Origin: Rebecca billardiae RCC1528
Taxonomy: Eukaryota; Protista; Haptophyta
Direction of reading: 5' to 3'
DNA length: 64,000 nt
Assembly (NCBI GenBank): GCA_965240325.2
Contig: OZ251222.1
Span: 1,488,001 to 1,552,000, forward strand
The translations under genes were made by a program, and so were the position numbers. Below, in pieces: positions 35,829-47,119 of this stretch (position 1 is the stretch's first letter; every line of letters begins with the position of its first letter). A model generated the notes under the pieces. It was not told the DNA's origin, ran no database searches, and saw only the letters and a list, made by a program, of their open reading frames with translations.

Positions 35829-36257
35829 GTGTGGGGTTATTGGCACAATAACTGAGTGTGTCCTCGACTGTGGGGCGCCGGTCCAGCCGGTGCTGACAGG
35901 CTCCCCTCGACCCTTGCTGTGCTGGCCCAGGCCGGATCATCATCACCTTCGATCCAGATCGATGGCCCGGACTCACCGGAGTCTTTTCCAAACTCCGCCC
36001 ATGCCCAGCCAGCCAATGAGCGGGCAGCCTGTACAAGCCTGGCGTGCTTCGATCGTGCTCATCCGTCCGCCTGAGCCGGCTTTGGACGGCCGGGCAGCGA
36101 GGAGCAGCCAAGCTGAGGAGCCGCCTGCTGCCCCGCACGCACGCAGCGAACCTCGCTCTCGATACCTGTGTCGTTAAATCATATATAGATATATATATAT
36201 CTATATAGATATATATAGATATATATAGATATATATATATAGATATATATAGATATA

Positions 36258-38228
36258 TGATTAAACTTTTCTGAGGATAGCGCACCAGCAAAATCCCTTG
36301 ACCGCCATCCGGATTTTACGGAGGCCGCGTTTGGACGCAGAAACGCGCGATGGCGAGGCCCGCCCTCGCACCACCGCTCTCGCGAGATCGCGACCGTGCG
36401 ACCTGCGGCGTTGCGCTCGACGCGCTCTTTCTGCTCGGAGGCCGCGAGGACTCCCAGGTGCGCCAGCTCGCGAGCGCGCACCTTCCTCCTCGCCGCGCTC
36501 GCCGAGCACAAGCCGATCTGCAGCAGATGTGCAAGGAGCCGCATGTGGCCTTCCTCGCGCGCGCGGCACGGCTGCACACGAAAATCGTTAGAGGGCACTT
36601 CTCCGCGCATTCTACATTTTGGGGAAAGAACGCCTGAACTGCACAGAAAGTGCCCTCTAACGCTTCCGCTCCTCGCCGTTGCGTGCACGCGCAAAGGAGC
36701 ACTGCAAAGGGTGCGACTGGGAGCATTCCTTCTCCCGGGCGGCCACCACGGCCTCGGAGGTGGTGAGGAACGCGTCGGCGACCACGGCATGGACCACCTC
36801 CGTCGCGCCGGACACTCCGGTCGCCCCTCGCCGGACTCCATCCTCGCTGCGCGCTGACCGTTTGCCGAGCGGGCTGCCCCCGCCGCCTGCCCGGCGTGTG
36901 CCCGCGTGGTGACACAAGATGGTCGAAGGCGTGGCAGCGCGGTGGTGCGTGCGATCGGGGGACCCCACCTGAGCTACGACACGGGCGCGCGCGCTCATCC
37001 GTGCTCATCACGGTGGTGCACGCGCGCGTCGCGCGCTCGTCGGCTGTCGCGCGCTGACGGCTGGGCTGCTTTGGGGTGTCGGCGGCGGCCACAGCTCGCT
37101 GGTACGGGCGCGATGGTGGCTGCGAGTGGTACGCGGCGTTGCACCAGGTCCATGTGCGTCACGCACGACGCTCGGCCGGCTCGCCCTCGGACCATTGGCT
37201 GAGTTCTACTCGCTGCGCGCGCCGCGCGCGGGAGCCGCTCGGCAGCTGCTCGAGGCGCAAAGTGCGCCCCGCGCGCTGAACGTGGGCACGACGAGGTGGT
37301 GCGGCGAGCGTGCGCGGGTGTGTGTGCGTGATGGGCACCCCCATTGCGCTACTTGCCATGCACATCTGCCTCTCGCCAAGCCTTCGACACGATTGCTGCA
37401 AGCGCTGCTCGGAGGCGCGCTCGCGGGCTCGCGCGCGTTTGAATCTGGGCTCGGCGGCGATCGCGTGGACGAGGAGCAGCGCGGTGCACGGTGGCGGAGC
37501 GCGTGCGGAGCGCAGCCTACACCTCCTACACGCTCAATCCAGACACATCGCGCATGCTCGCGCGACCTCCTCGGTCCATCACGTGCGCGTGCGCGCGCGA
37601 GCAGGTGTGCATTCGCCGGGCGCGTTCACGGCGCGCCGCGTTGGCGCGCGCGCACCGATACCCGTGCGCAGCTCGACGAGCGAGCGCGGTGTGTTTCGAT
37701 GCGTATGGGGAGGCTCGAATTTACGCGCGCGCACGCGCCGGCCCTCGCCGCCCCTTCGCTCGCCCACGCCTCATCTGCGCGCTCGGCGTTTGCACGCAGC
37801 TGCTCATCCTTTCCAACACGTGCACAAACGAGCAGATAGCGCTGGGCGAGGTCGATTGGTGCGTCAGATATTCGGCAACGACCAGCCCCGCTCGTGTGCC
37901 GCCGCTCGTGCTACTCTTGACGACCACCTCTGGCTCGGTCGCGCGCACGAGGCTGCTCGCGGGCCCAATCGTGCCGTGTACCGTCAAGCTGTACCGTGCG
38001 CAGCGAGGCGCACTCAGACGTCCGCATGGGCTCGCATGCGAGGGCCCGGCAGTGCGACGCGTCGATGGAGCATGCTCCGGATACGCTTCGGCGCACTTTC
38101 CGACGCGCACGAGCCGCTCGAAGGCGCGGAAGGGCGCCCAAACGGGGCAACCGCCATTTTGCGCCACTTCGGCCCGGATGGCGGTCAAGGGAAATTGCTG
38201 GTGCGCTATCCTCAGAAAAGTTTAATCA
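36258..38228. mobile_element. Non-autonomous DNA transposon (1971 bp) with 55-bp TIRs, inserted in a TA/GATA microsatellite
   Basis: The TIR TGATTAAACTTTTCTGAGGATAGCGCACCAGCAA(AA/TT)TCCCTTGACCGCCATCCGG lies at 36258-36312 and (rc) 38174-38228, with TATA on both sides. No transposase ORF recognised. Confidence 0.9.
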
Positions 38229-38859
<631 letters not shown>

Positions 38860-38994
38860 TAACAACTCCACCATGCCCTGCTCGCTCGAAGTCGAAGCGT
38901 CGAGCACGACCGAGAGCTGGATGGTCGTGGCGTGAACTGCGTCTTGGGACAGTCCACGATGATCATGATTGCGGGACACGATCATGTTACATAC

Positions 38995-41105
38995 CACAGA
39001 AAACAAATAAATCGATTTTCGGCGTTACCGTAACCCGTCCGCACTTCCGCCCAGTGGGGATGCGTTGGAATTTTTTTGATGCCGCGTTCGCGGCACTTCA
39101 CGCCGCCACAGTGGAGAAAGATCGGGCCGAAGCCGTTTGAGCATGGTCGTTCGTGCGCACGCCCATTCGAATCGATGGCGCGCTCCGAGCGGCGGGCGTG
39201 CGCGCATGTGTGCCGCGAGGGGGGCTGCGAGGCGTCGGCCAGCTTGTCAAGGCGGTTCCCCGGGGCGGCGTCACCCTCGCCCGCCCCTCCTCGCCCACCC
39301 TCGCTCCACGGGCGGCCACACGTGACCTCGGTTAAGATGAGCTCACGGGGGCCACGCGGCACGCGCGCGGAGAGGCGAGGAAGCGTGGTGTTTCGCGGAA
39401 AAACGCAACGTCGCATTGTGCTCAACTCATGTGGGCACCCGCTCCACAAGTTTGCGCGCCTTCAAACCGCACACAGCGGCCTGAGCAGCTCCCAGACTGA
39501 GTTTCGCTCTTGAAGCCTGTTTTTGCAGGGCCAGATCTTGGTGTGGATGTAGCGCGGCGAGGAGGCGCCGGGCGCGCGCCCGAGCTGTGTGCTGGCACTC
39601 GCCATGACCCATAGGCATCGTCCGTCGCGAACGACCCGGCTCGCCTCGACCTCTCCGACCCGCCGGACAGCCACGACCGAGCACGGCACGACAATGGCCA
39701 AACCGGGAGGCTTCTCAGACCGCGTGGGATGGGCATAGGCGCGAGAGAGGGCGCCCAGCGCGCTCTTGAGGTGCACAGGAGCACGCGTTGATGCGTATGG
39801 GACCATCTCACCACGATCGCCCCGACCTGGCGCGCCCTATCTGGCCCGTCAGGCTGCCCGCGCCGCCGCCACCGCGCCACGCCGCCGCCACGCCGCCGCC
39901 GCACCGCGGGCACGTGGGTAAGTCTGTATTCAACAAATACAGAATTTCCGGTGCATGCGGCCATCTGCGGCAAGGTCGGTCTGGTCGACACCTGCCGCGC
40001 GGCATGGGCCACGGCGCGGCGAGGTGGCGGCTGGCGCACCGCGGCGTGGGCGGGATGGCTCGAGGACACCACCGCCCCGCCTCCCACGCCGCGCCGTGCG
40101 CGTGCGCCGTGCTCTCGTCGCGTACCGATTTTCCTGCGGCGAGCGACGTCCAACAGCGCGACCATGCCATCGCGCGCCGAGGTGCGTTCAGCTCAGCGAT
40201 TTGTCGTGTTTGTTGAATATACATGCGGGTACGAATCGACTCAAGGAGCGGCAAGGACGCCCTCGACGCACACGTCGAGAGCCACGCGCGCGGCGTGGAC
40301 TGGCACGCGACGCGGAGATGGCGGGCGCGGTGCCGCGGGCGCGCGACTGGTCTAAAACATCCCAATGAAGCGCGGGACGGCGCTGCGCGGCAGCGCGCCT
40401 GTGCTCGCCGCCGTCTCCTCGCAGTCGAAAATATCTGTGCACCCTTCTGCCTGGCTAGTCGACCGGCCGGCACGCGGCACGCGAGCAGTGTGTGTGGGGA
40501 GGAGTGTGACATGGCAGGCTGTGGCGAGGTGGATGGCCGTGCAGGTCTACGTTAGGAAGGGCCGCTCCCGCGCTCGCGCGGTGCCTGGCAGTGGCGCACG
40601 CCTCGTCGAGGACGAGCGTGTTTGAATGGCTCCGGGGAGGCCTGCGCAAACGCTTGTGGACGGCAGCGCGCAACAGGTGCACACGACGAAGGTGACGACC
40701 AGGCACTCCGGCGAGGGCGGCTGTGCTGGCAGCAGACTGCCTTTGGAGTATAAGATGCGCCATCGTAGTACGTGCCGCTTCGCCTCGCCGCATCGCCGCC
40801 ACTGAGCAGCAGGGCTCCACGCTCACGAATGGCTGCTCACGAGCTACGTGACAGGCCAGCCGCGTGCAACCTGGCGAGGCAGAGAGGGGCGGAGAGATGG
40901 GGAGGCTGGCTGGGATGTTGCAGTCCCATGCCATGGGCACTCGCCAGGCGCCTGCGCGCCAGGCGCCTGCGCGACCACCGTAGCGTCTTCTGTGCGCTCG
41001 TGCGCGGCCCGCGCGAGAATTCCGCCCCCGAAAATCGGCTGCTAGCTACTCGAGTGTCGGCGGACAGGTTACGGTGACAATAATCCCGCGTTTTTTTTCA
41101 CTGTG
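38995..41105. mobile_element. Candidate degenerate CAC-ended (CMC/Transib-like) non-autonomous element
   Basis: The left end CACAGAAAAC...GTTACCGTAACCCGTCCGC resembles the rc of the right end, CACAGTGAAAA...GTCACCGTAACCTGTCCGC. No convincing TSD. Confidence 0.4.
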
Positions 41106-41109
41106 TATA

Positions 41110-41991
41110 TCATCGTCCGTCGTCCGGAACACCTCTCGCCAGCAGCGAAGCTGCGTGTATCAGCCTCTGCTGCACAGAACATCTGGCCTCTTCGCGCGCC
41201 ATGCCCACTCCGGCAAAGTAGGTGCTGACGGAACGGAGCTCGAGTGTGAATGGGCCACCACGCATGTGCGCGTAGCCGATGTCCTCGTGGGCAGGGTCGG
41301 CCGCGCACAATGAAAGACCGATCGATTCGACCCGACGAGGGTCCATCGATATGGCCTGCGGCTGCACAAAGCCACGCCACGTCATGACAAAGGCTGCCCA
41401 GGGCAGAGTGACCTCTCGCCATGGCCCAAGAGCGCCCATCTCCGCCTCGCTGCGCGTGCCGGGCGGCAAGGGTGGTGGTGGCAGGAGCGCCTGGTATATT
41501 TCTTGTGTATCTTGCATCAACCGAGACGTCTTGACCGTGACAACGTACGGCCGGTGGTCCGACCGGAGCACGAACGCCAGGCCGTCGAACTCGTCGAGCG
41601 GCCCAAACGGAGCGGGTTCGCGTGAGCGCACCGAGCAGTACCCACTCCGAATCATCCTCGCCCCGGCAAACGACGAGGGAGTCGCTCGAGCGGGCTCTGG
41701 TGACTCACTGTCGAACTCGGTACTCAGGCTGCCCGCGAGCACGCCCACACCAGCACCCTCCCGCTCGGCGTGGTGCCAGTCGGCCCAAGACTGCCCTCCG
41801 TCTTGCTGGTCGGTCAGAATGATCCAGTCCTTGACGGACTCGGGAGCGTCGAACGAGAAGAGCTCTAGGCGTGAGGGAGGAGGACGTAGCGGCTCATGGT
41901 TGAAGAATGCGTCCCACGCCTGTGACCAGGAGCCACGCCTGCCGACCGCCCAAGCCGCCTGTCCGCCTCGCCATCGTGTTGCGCGCAGCAT
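41110..41991 (-). CDS. NDUFAF1: Complex I assembly factor CIA30/NDUFAF1 family, with a mitochondrial-type presequence
   Basis: LFSFD...WIILTDQQDGGQS, IRSGYCSVRS, LRSDHRPY, WREVTLPWAAFVMTWRGFV and GPFTLELRSV. The N-terminus MLRATRWRGG is Arg-rich. Confidence 0.9.
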   Translation of the reverse strand: MLRATRWRGGQAAWAVGRRGSWSQAWDAFFNHEPLRPPPSRLELFSFDAPESVKDWIILTDQQDGGQSWADWHHAEREGAGVGVLAGSLSTEFDSESPEPARATPSSFAGARMIRSGYCSVRSREPAPFGPLDEFDGLAFVLRSDHRPYVVTVKTSRLMQDTQEIYQALLPPPPLPPGTRSEAEMGALGPWREVTLPWAAFVMTWRGFVQPQAISMDPRRVESIGLSLCAADPAHEDIGYAHMRGGPFTLELRSVSTYFAGVGMAREEARCSVQQRLIHAASLLARGVPDDGR

Positions 41992-42134
41992 CTTGACTGT
42001 CGCTTGACGAAATGGGAGGTCACACAGTCTGGAATCGTCATCGTCACATTTCAAGACACTGGCTGCCCGAACGCCAAGAACGCCCACATTTGAGGCTCCT
42101 GAGTCCTGACCACCTCCCACCCCTCAAAAACACC

Positions 42135-45100
42135 ATGGGCCGAGACGACGATGATGAGCTCCTCGACAAGCAGGCGCCTCAGAGCGAGGACGGGGGGTGG
42201 TCAACGGCGCTCCCCGCCGAGTTGCAGAAGGTGATGATACGCTCGCAGAAGCGCGAGCTCACCGAGCGTCACCGCCGGCTGAGGGCGTACGCCAGCCGCT
42301 CCAAAGGCTCTGACGCCCGGCGCGACGTTCCCGGCCTGAGCACCCAGATGGACGATACGCCGGGCGTTGGCGTTGTCGACCTCGTCCTCGTCGTGCCACG
42401 CGGAAAGGCGCCCGATGGCGACGAGGAGCAGGGCGAGGAGCAGGGCGAGTCCATCATGGCCTGGGCCAGCCGGCGGCTGAGTGGGGGCAAGCGCGAGCGC
42501 GTGCAGCACCTGCAAGCTGCGACGAGCGCGCTCGTGCGCGCCGGGCTGGAGATCCAGGTGTCTCACAGCTCGGACGGCAACTGGACCTTCTTCATGCTGT
42601 CGGCCTCCGATGCGCGCCTTGCGCGGGAGGCCGAGCGATCGCACTTCGACAAGCGCCTGCGGCCTGAGTACCGCGTGTTTGACGTGGGCTTCCGCGAGTT
42701 CTCTGTGCACTTCAAGGGCCTCTTTGCGCGCGGGCTGGACGGGTACTTCTCCGCGCTTGAGCGGCAGCAGCTCATCCTGAGGATCATCGAGGCCGACCGA
42801 CGCCGCGGGGGCGCCGGGCTCGACCTCGACCGCCTCGTGGTCGAGGGCGTGATCACCGACTACATCTCGCTGCCCGCGGGCGCGTACGTGAAGCGGCTGC
42901 GCACCTCGTGGATCAGGACGTTCGGCTCGCCGCCGATCGACGACATCCGCGACTACCTGGGCGAGCGCGTCGCGTTCTACTTCGCGTGGGTGACCACGTA
43001 CACGGCGTGGCTCGGCGGGCTCGCGCTCGTGAGCCTGGCCGTGCAGATCTACGCGTGGGTGACGTCCATCGACAACGTGCTGCTGCCCGTGTACTGCGTC
43101 GTGGTGTGCGTGTGGTGCACGCTCTTCCTCGAGTGGTGGAAGCGGCGCAACGTCGAGCTGGCATACCGGTGGGACTCCGAGGACCTCGACGCGCACCAGC
43201 CTCTGCGCCCCGAGTTCATCGCCAAGGAGGGGCTCGAGCGTCGGCGCGGCCTGTACACGCCAGAAGGCTTTGTCGACGCGCCTGACCTGGTGCCCGAGGA
43301 GCGCGCCGTCCCCTACTACCCGGAGGGGCGGCGGAAGGTGATCAGCACGGTCAACCTGGTGGGCACGCTCGTCCTCATGTGCGGTGTGTCGGCGACCGTG
43401 ATCGGCATCTTCGCTTTCAAGGTCTTCCTCGCCGCATCCGCGGAGCAGACGTGGTGGGGCGCCAACGCCGTCAATGTCGCGGCGTTCCTGAACACCGTCT
43501 TCATCACGATCATGAACTATGTGTGGGCATGGGTGTCGATCAAGCTGAACGACATGGAGGTGCATCACTCCGACGATGCCTACGAGAACGCGCTGATCGT
43601 CAAGACGTTCGCCTTCCAGTTCATCAACTCGTACATCGCTCTCTTCTACCTCGCGTTCATCGCTGGCGCCGAGCTCAACCTGTTTGGCCTGCGCGAGGAG
43701 GGCACGGGCGAGCCACTGCACGACTCGTGCCCGCCCGCCGGCGACGACGGGCAGCCGGACTGCATGCTTGCGATGTACTCGCAGATGCAGATGATCATCC
43801 TGGTCAAGCAGGGCTCGCGCCACGTGCAGGCGCTCCTCCCGCTCCTCTACCGCTGGTACATGGCTCGGCGCGCGAACATGGCGATCGAGGTGGAGGACCG
43901 CACGCTCACGCAGCGCATCGAGCACGAGCTGTCGCTGCCCGAGTACGCGGGCACGTTCGTCGAGTACAACGAGATGATCCTGCAGTTCGGGTACATGACG
44001 ATGTTCGCGGTGGCGTACCCGCTCGGGGCTGTGATCTGCTTCCTGAACAACGTGCTCGAGCGCCAGACGGACGCGATCAAGGTGCTGCTCTTCTGCCGCC
44101 GCCCGCGCGCGATGCGCGCCAACTCGATTGGCGTCTGGGAGTCGATCCTGCACTTCATCTCGATCCTCGCGGTCTTCACGAACTGCCTCGTCATGTACCT
44201 CTCGTCGGACGCGCTGAAGTTCTATGGGGCCCACTCGACTGCGCTCGTGATCGTCGTCTTGGCAGTGGAGCACGTGCTTTTCGCGCTCAAGTACGGCCTG
44301 GCCACCCTGATCCCCGACACGCCGTTCTGGGTGACGGCTGCAAAGGCGCGGATGCAGCGGAGGCTGCGGGAGATTGAGCTCAACAAGAAGGCGCAGGAGC
44401 TCACGCCGTCGGAGGCTGTGGCCGCGGCGGCTGCTGACGGCGATGACCATCGTAAGTATAACTTCCTGAACCCCTTTGGCCGGTTCGCGACCGCCGGCCA
44501 GGCCGCTCCTGAGACGGAGGAGGAAGAGGTGAGGCTCCTGGAGCCGTTTGCGCCCACTGCGCGCACATCGGCAGGGCTGGCTCCGCGACCGCGCTGGCCT
44601 CCCGCGCATTACACTCGCCGCCTCGTGCGTCTGACGTTCTGCCTACCTTGCTCGTGCTCGCGTGCTCGCGAACTGCGTCGGTGCAGGACGAGCCAGATGT
44701 CGTCCTCGTCTTCAAGGCCGTCGAGGACGACACCGAGGAGGAGAAGGCAAAGAAGATCCAAGAGCAGCGCTTGCAGCTCAAGGACGACCTGACCCGCGCA
44801 GGTGCGTGCGTGCGATTGGGGCCTGGGAGCAGGTGCCACGCATTCCAGCGTGCGAGTGCGACTCACGGCACGCCCCTGCGCGTGTGACGGCACGCCCCTG
44901 CGTGTGTGCCGCACGCCTCGTCGCGCGCGCAGGCCTCAACGTGAGCGTCAGCTGGGGCTCGAAGGGCGAGCGGCTGTACTACCTCCTCACCGGCACCGAC
45001 GGCCGCTTTGACGAGGCAGCCGAGGACATGCACATGAGTAAGAGGCTGCAGTACGAGGAGGACACGGGCTCGCGGATCGGATACAAGGTGTTCCACCGGA

Positions 45101-46821
45101 AGGACAAGCACCTCTTCGCCTCGGCGCAGGACGAGTTCTTCACGGAGCTCGAGCGCCAGATGCTCACCTTCCACGTCGTCGAAGGCGACGCACGCGAGAA
45201 CGGCGCCGGGCTCGACCTCGACCGCCTCGTGGTCGAGGGCGTGATCACTGACTACATCTCGCTGCCCGCGGGCGCGTACGTGAAGCGGCTGCGCACCTCG
45301 TGGATCAGGACGTTCGGCTCGCCGCCGATCGACGACATCCGCGACTACCTGGGCGAGCGCGTCGCGTTCTACTTCGCGTGGGTGACCACGTACACGGCGT
45401 GGCTCGGCGGGCTCGCGCTCGTGAGCCTGGCCGTGCAGATCTACGCGTGGGTGACGTCCATCGACAACGTGCTGCTGCCCGTGTACTGCGTCGTGGTGTG
45501 CGTGTGGTGCACGCTCTTCCTCGAGTGGTGGAAGCGGCGCAACGCCGAGCTGGCGTACATTTGGGACAGCGAGCACGTGTCTGACTTTGAGCCTCTGCGC
45601 CCCGAGTTCATCGCCAAGGAGGGGCTCGAGCGTCGGCGCGGCCTGTACACGGCCCAGGGCTTTGTGGAAATCGACGACGACCCCGGCGTGCAGCAGGTCC
45701 CCTACTTCTCGGAGGATCTGCGGAGGGCCATCATGGCATGCAACTCGATGTTCACCTTGATGCTCGGCTTCTTCGTGGTCACGAGCGTGATCGGCATCTT
45801 TGCTTTCAAGGTCTTCCTCGCCGCATCCGCGGAGCAGACGTGGTGGAGCGCCAACGCCGTCAATGTCGCGGCGTTCCTGAACACCGTCTTCATCACGATC
45901 ATGAACTATGTGTGGGCATGGGTGTCGATCAAGCTGAACGACATGGAGGTGCATCGCTCGGACGATGACTACGAGAACGCGCTGATCGTCAAGACGTTCG
46001 CCTTCCAGTTCATCAACTCGTACATCGCTCTCTTCTACCTCGCGTTCATCGCTGGCGCCGAGCTCAACCTGTTTGGCCTGCGCGAGGAGGGCACGGGCGA
46101 GCCACTGCACGACTCGTGCCCGCCCGCCGGCGACGACGGGCAGCCGGACTGCATGCTTGCGATGTACTCGCAGATGCAGATGATCATCCTGGTCAAGCAG
46201 GGCTCGCGCCACGTGCAGGCGCTCCTCCCGCTCCTCTACCGCTGGTACATGGCTCGGCGCGCGAACATGGCGATCGAGGTGGAGGACCGCACGCTCACGC
46301 AGCGCATCGAGCACGAGCTGTCACTGCCCGAGTACGCGGGCACGTTCGTCGAGTACAACGAGATGATCCTGCAGTTCGGGTACATGACGATGTTCGCGGT
46401 GGCGTACCCGTTCGGGGCTGTGATCTGCTTCCTGAACAACGTGCTCGAGCGCCAGACGGACGCGATCAAGGTGCTGCTCCTCTGCCGCCGCCCGCGCGCG
46501 ATGCGCGCCAACTCGATTGGCGTCTGGGAGTCGATCCTGCACTTCATCTCGATCCTCGCGGTCTTCACGAACTGCCTCGTCATGTACCTCTCGTCGAAAT
46601 CCTTGCGACGCGATTTCCGTCTGAATGCCACCGGCGTTGTGATGGTGAGTCTCGCGGTCGAGCACGCGCTCTTCCTCTTCAAGTTTGGCCTGAGCCAGCT
46701 TATCCCCGACACGCCATTCTGGGTGACGAAGGAGCGCGCGCGCACGGCTTGGCGTGTGAACGAGTTGGAGCTCGTGGCCGCATCAGCACAGCCCACGGCA
46801 TCGGCTCCAGCAGAGGCCTGA
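42135..46821 (+). CDS. Tandem double anoctamin/TMEM16 (two full Anoctamin units, ~1465 aa). Introns 44529-44686, 44802-44932
   Basis: Each half has PIDDIRDYLGERVAFYFAW, FLEWWKRRN, YENALIVKTFAFQFINSYIALFYLAF, EYNEMILQFGY, NNVLERQTDAIK, IGVWESIL, VEH and IPDTP. The GT-AG introns join the halves with no stop. Confidence 0.92.
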
Positions 46822-47119
46822 CGCAGGCCTGCCACGACCATAGCCAAGGTGAGGTCGTCGGACCGGTTACGGTCGCAACTTCGACCGGTGATCCTGCTGG
46901 ATTCCTGGTCGGTCATTACTCATTCACGTCATTGGTACTGCCGTAGTCTTAGAAGTGAGTAAGTAAATTATATATATATTATATATATATTATAATATAT
47001 TATAATATAGTTACTAAGTTGCGCGCGTGTCAGTGTCGTTAAATCATAGAATGAGTCAGTGCCTTCCGCTTATATATTGATGCGATGATGCTTATAATAC
47101 GACTACTGCTAATGCCAGG

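Noticed and set aside
41090-41105. CACAGTG plus A-run on the minus strand as a RAG recombination signal
   Set aside because: There is no 12/23 spacer-nonamer geometry and no RAG/Transib ORF. It is kept only as a possible element end.
42201-46314. Long minus-strand ORFs (802 aa, 483 aa)
   Set aside because: Antisense shadows of the high-GC3 anoctamin CDS.
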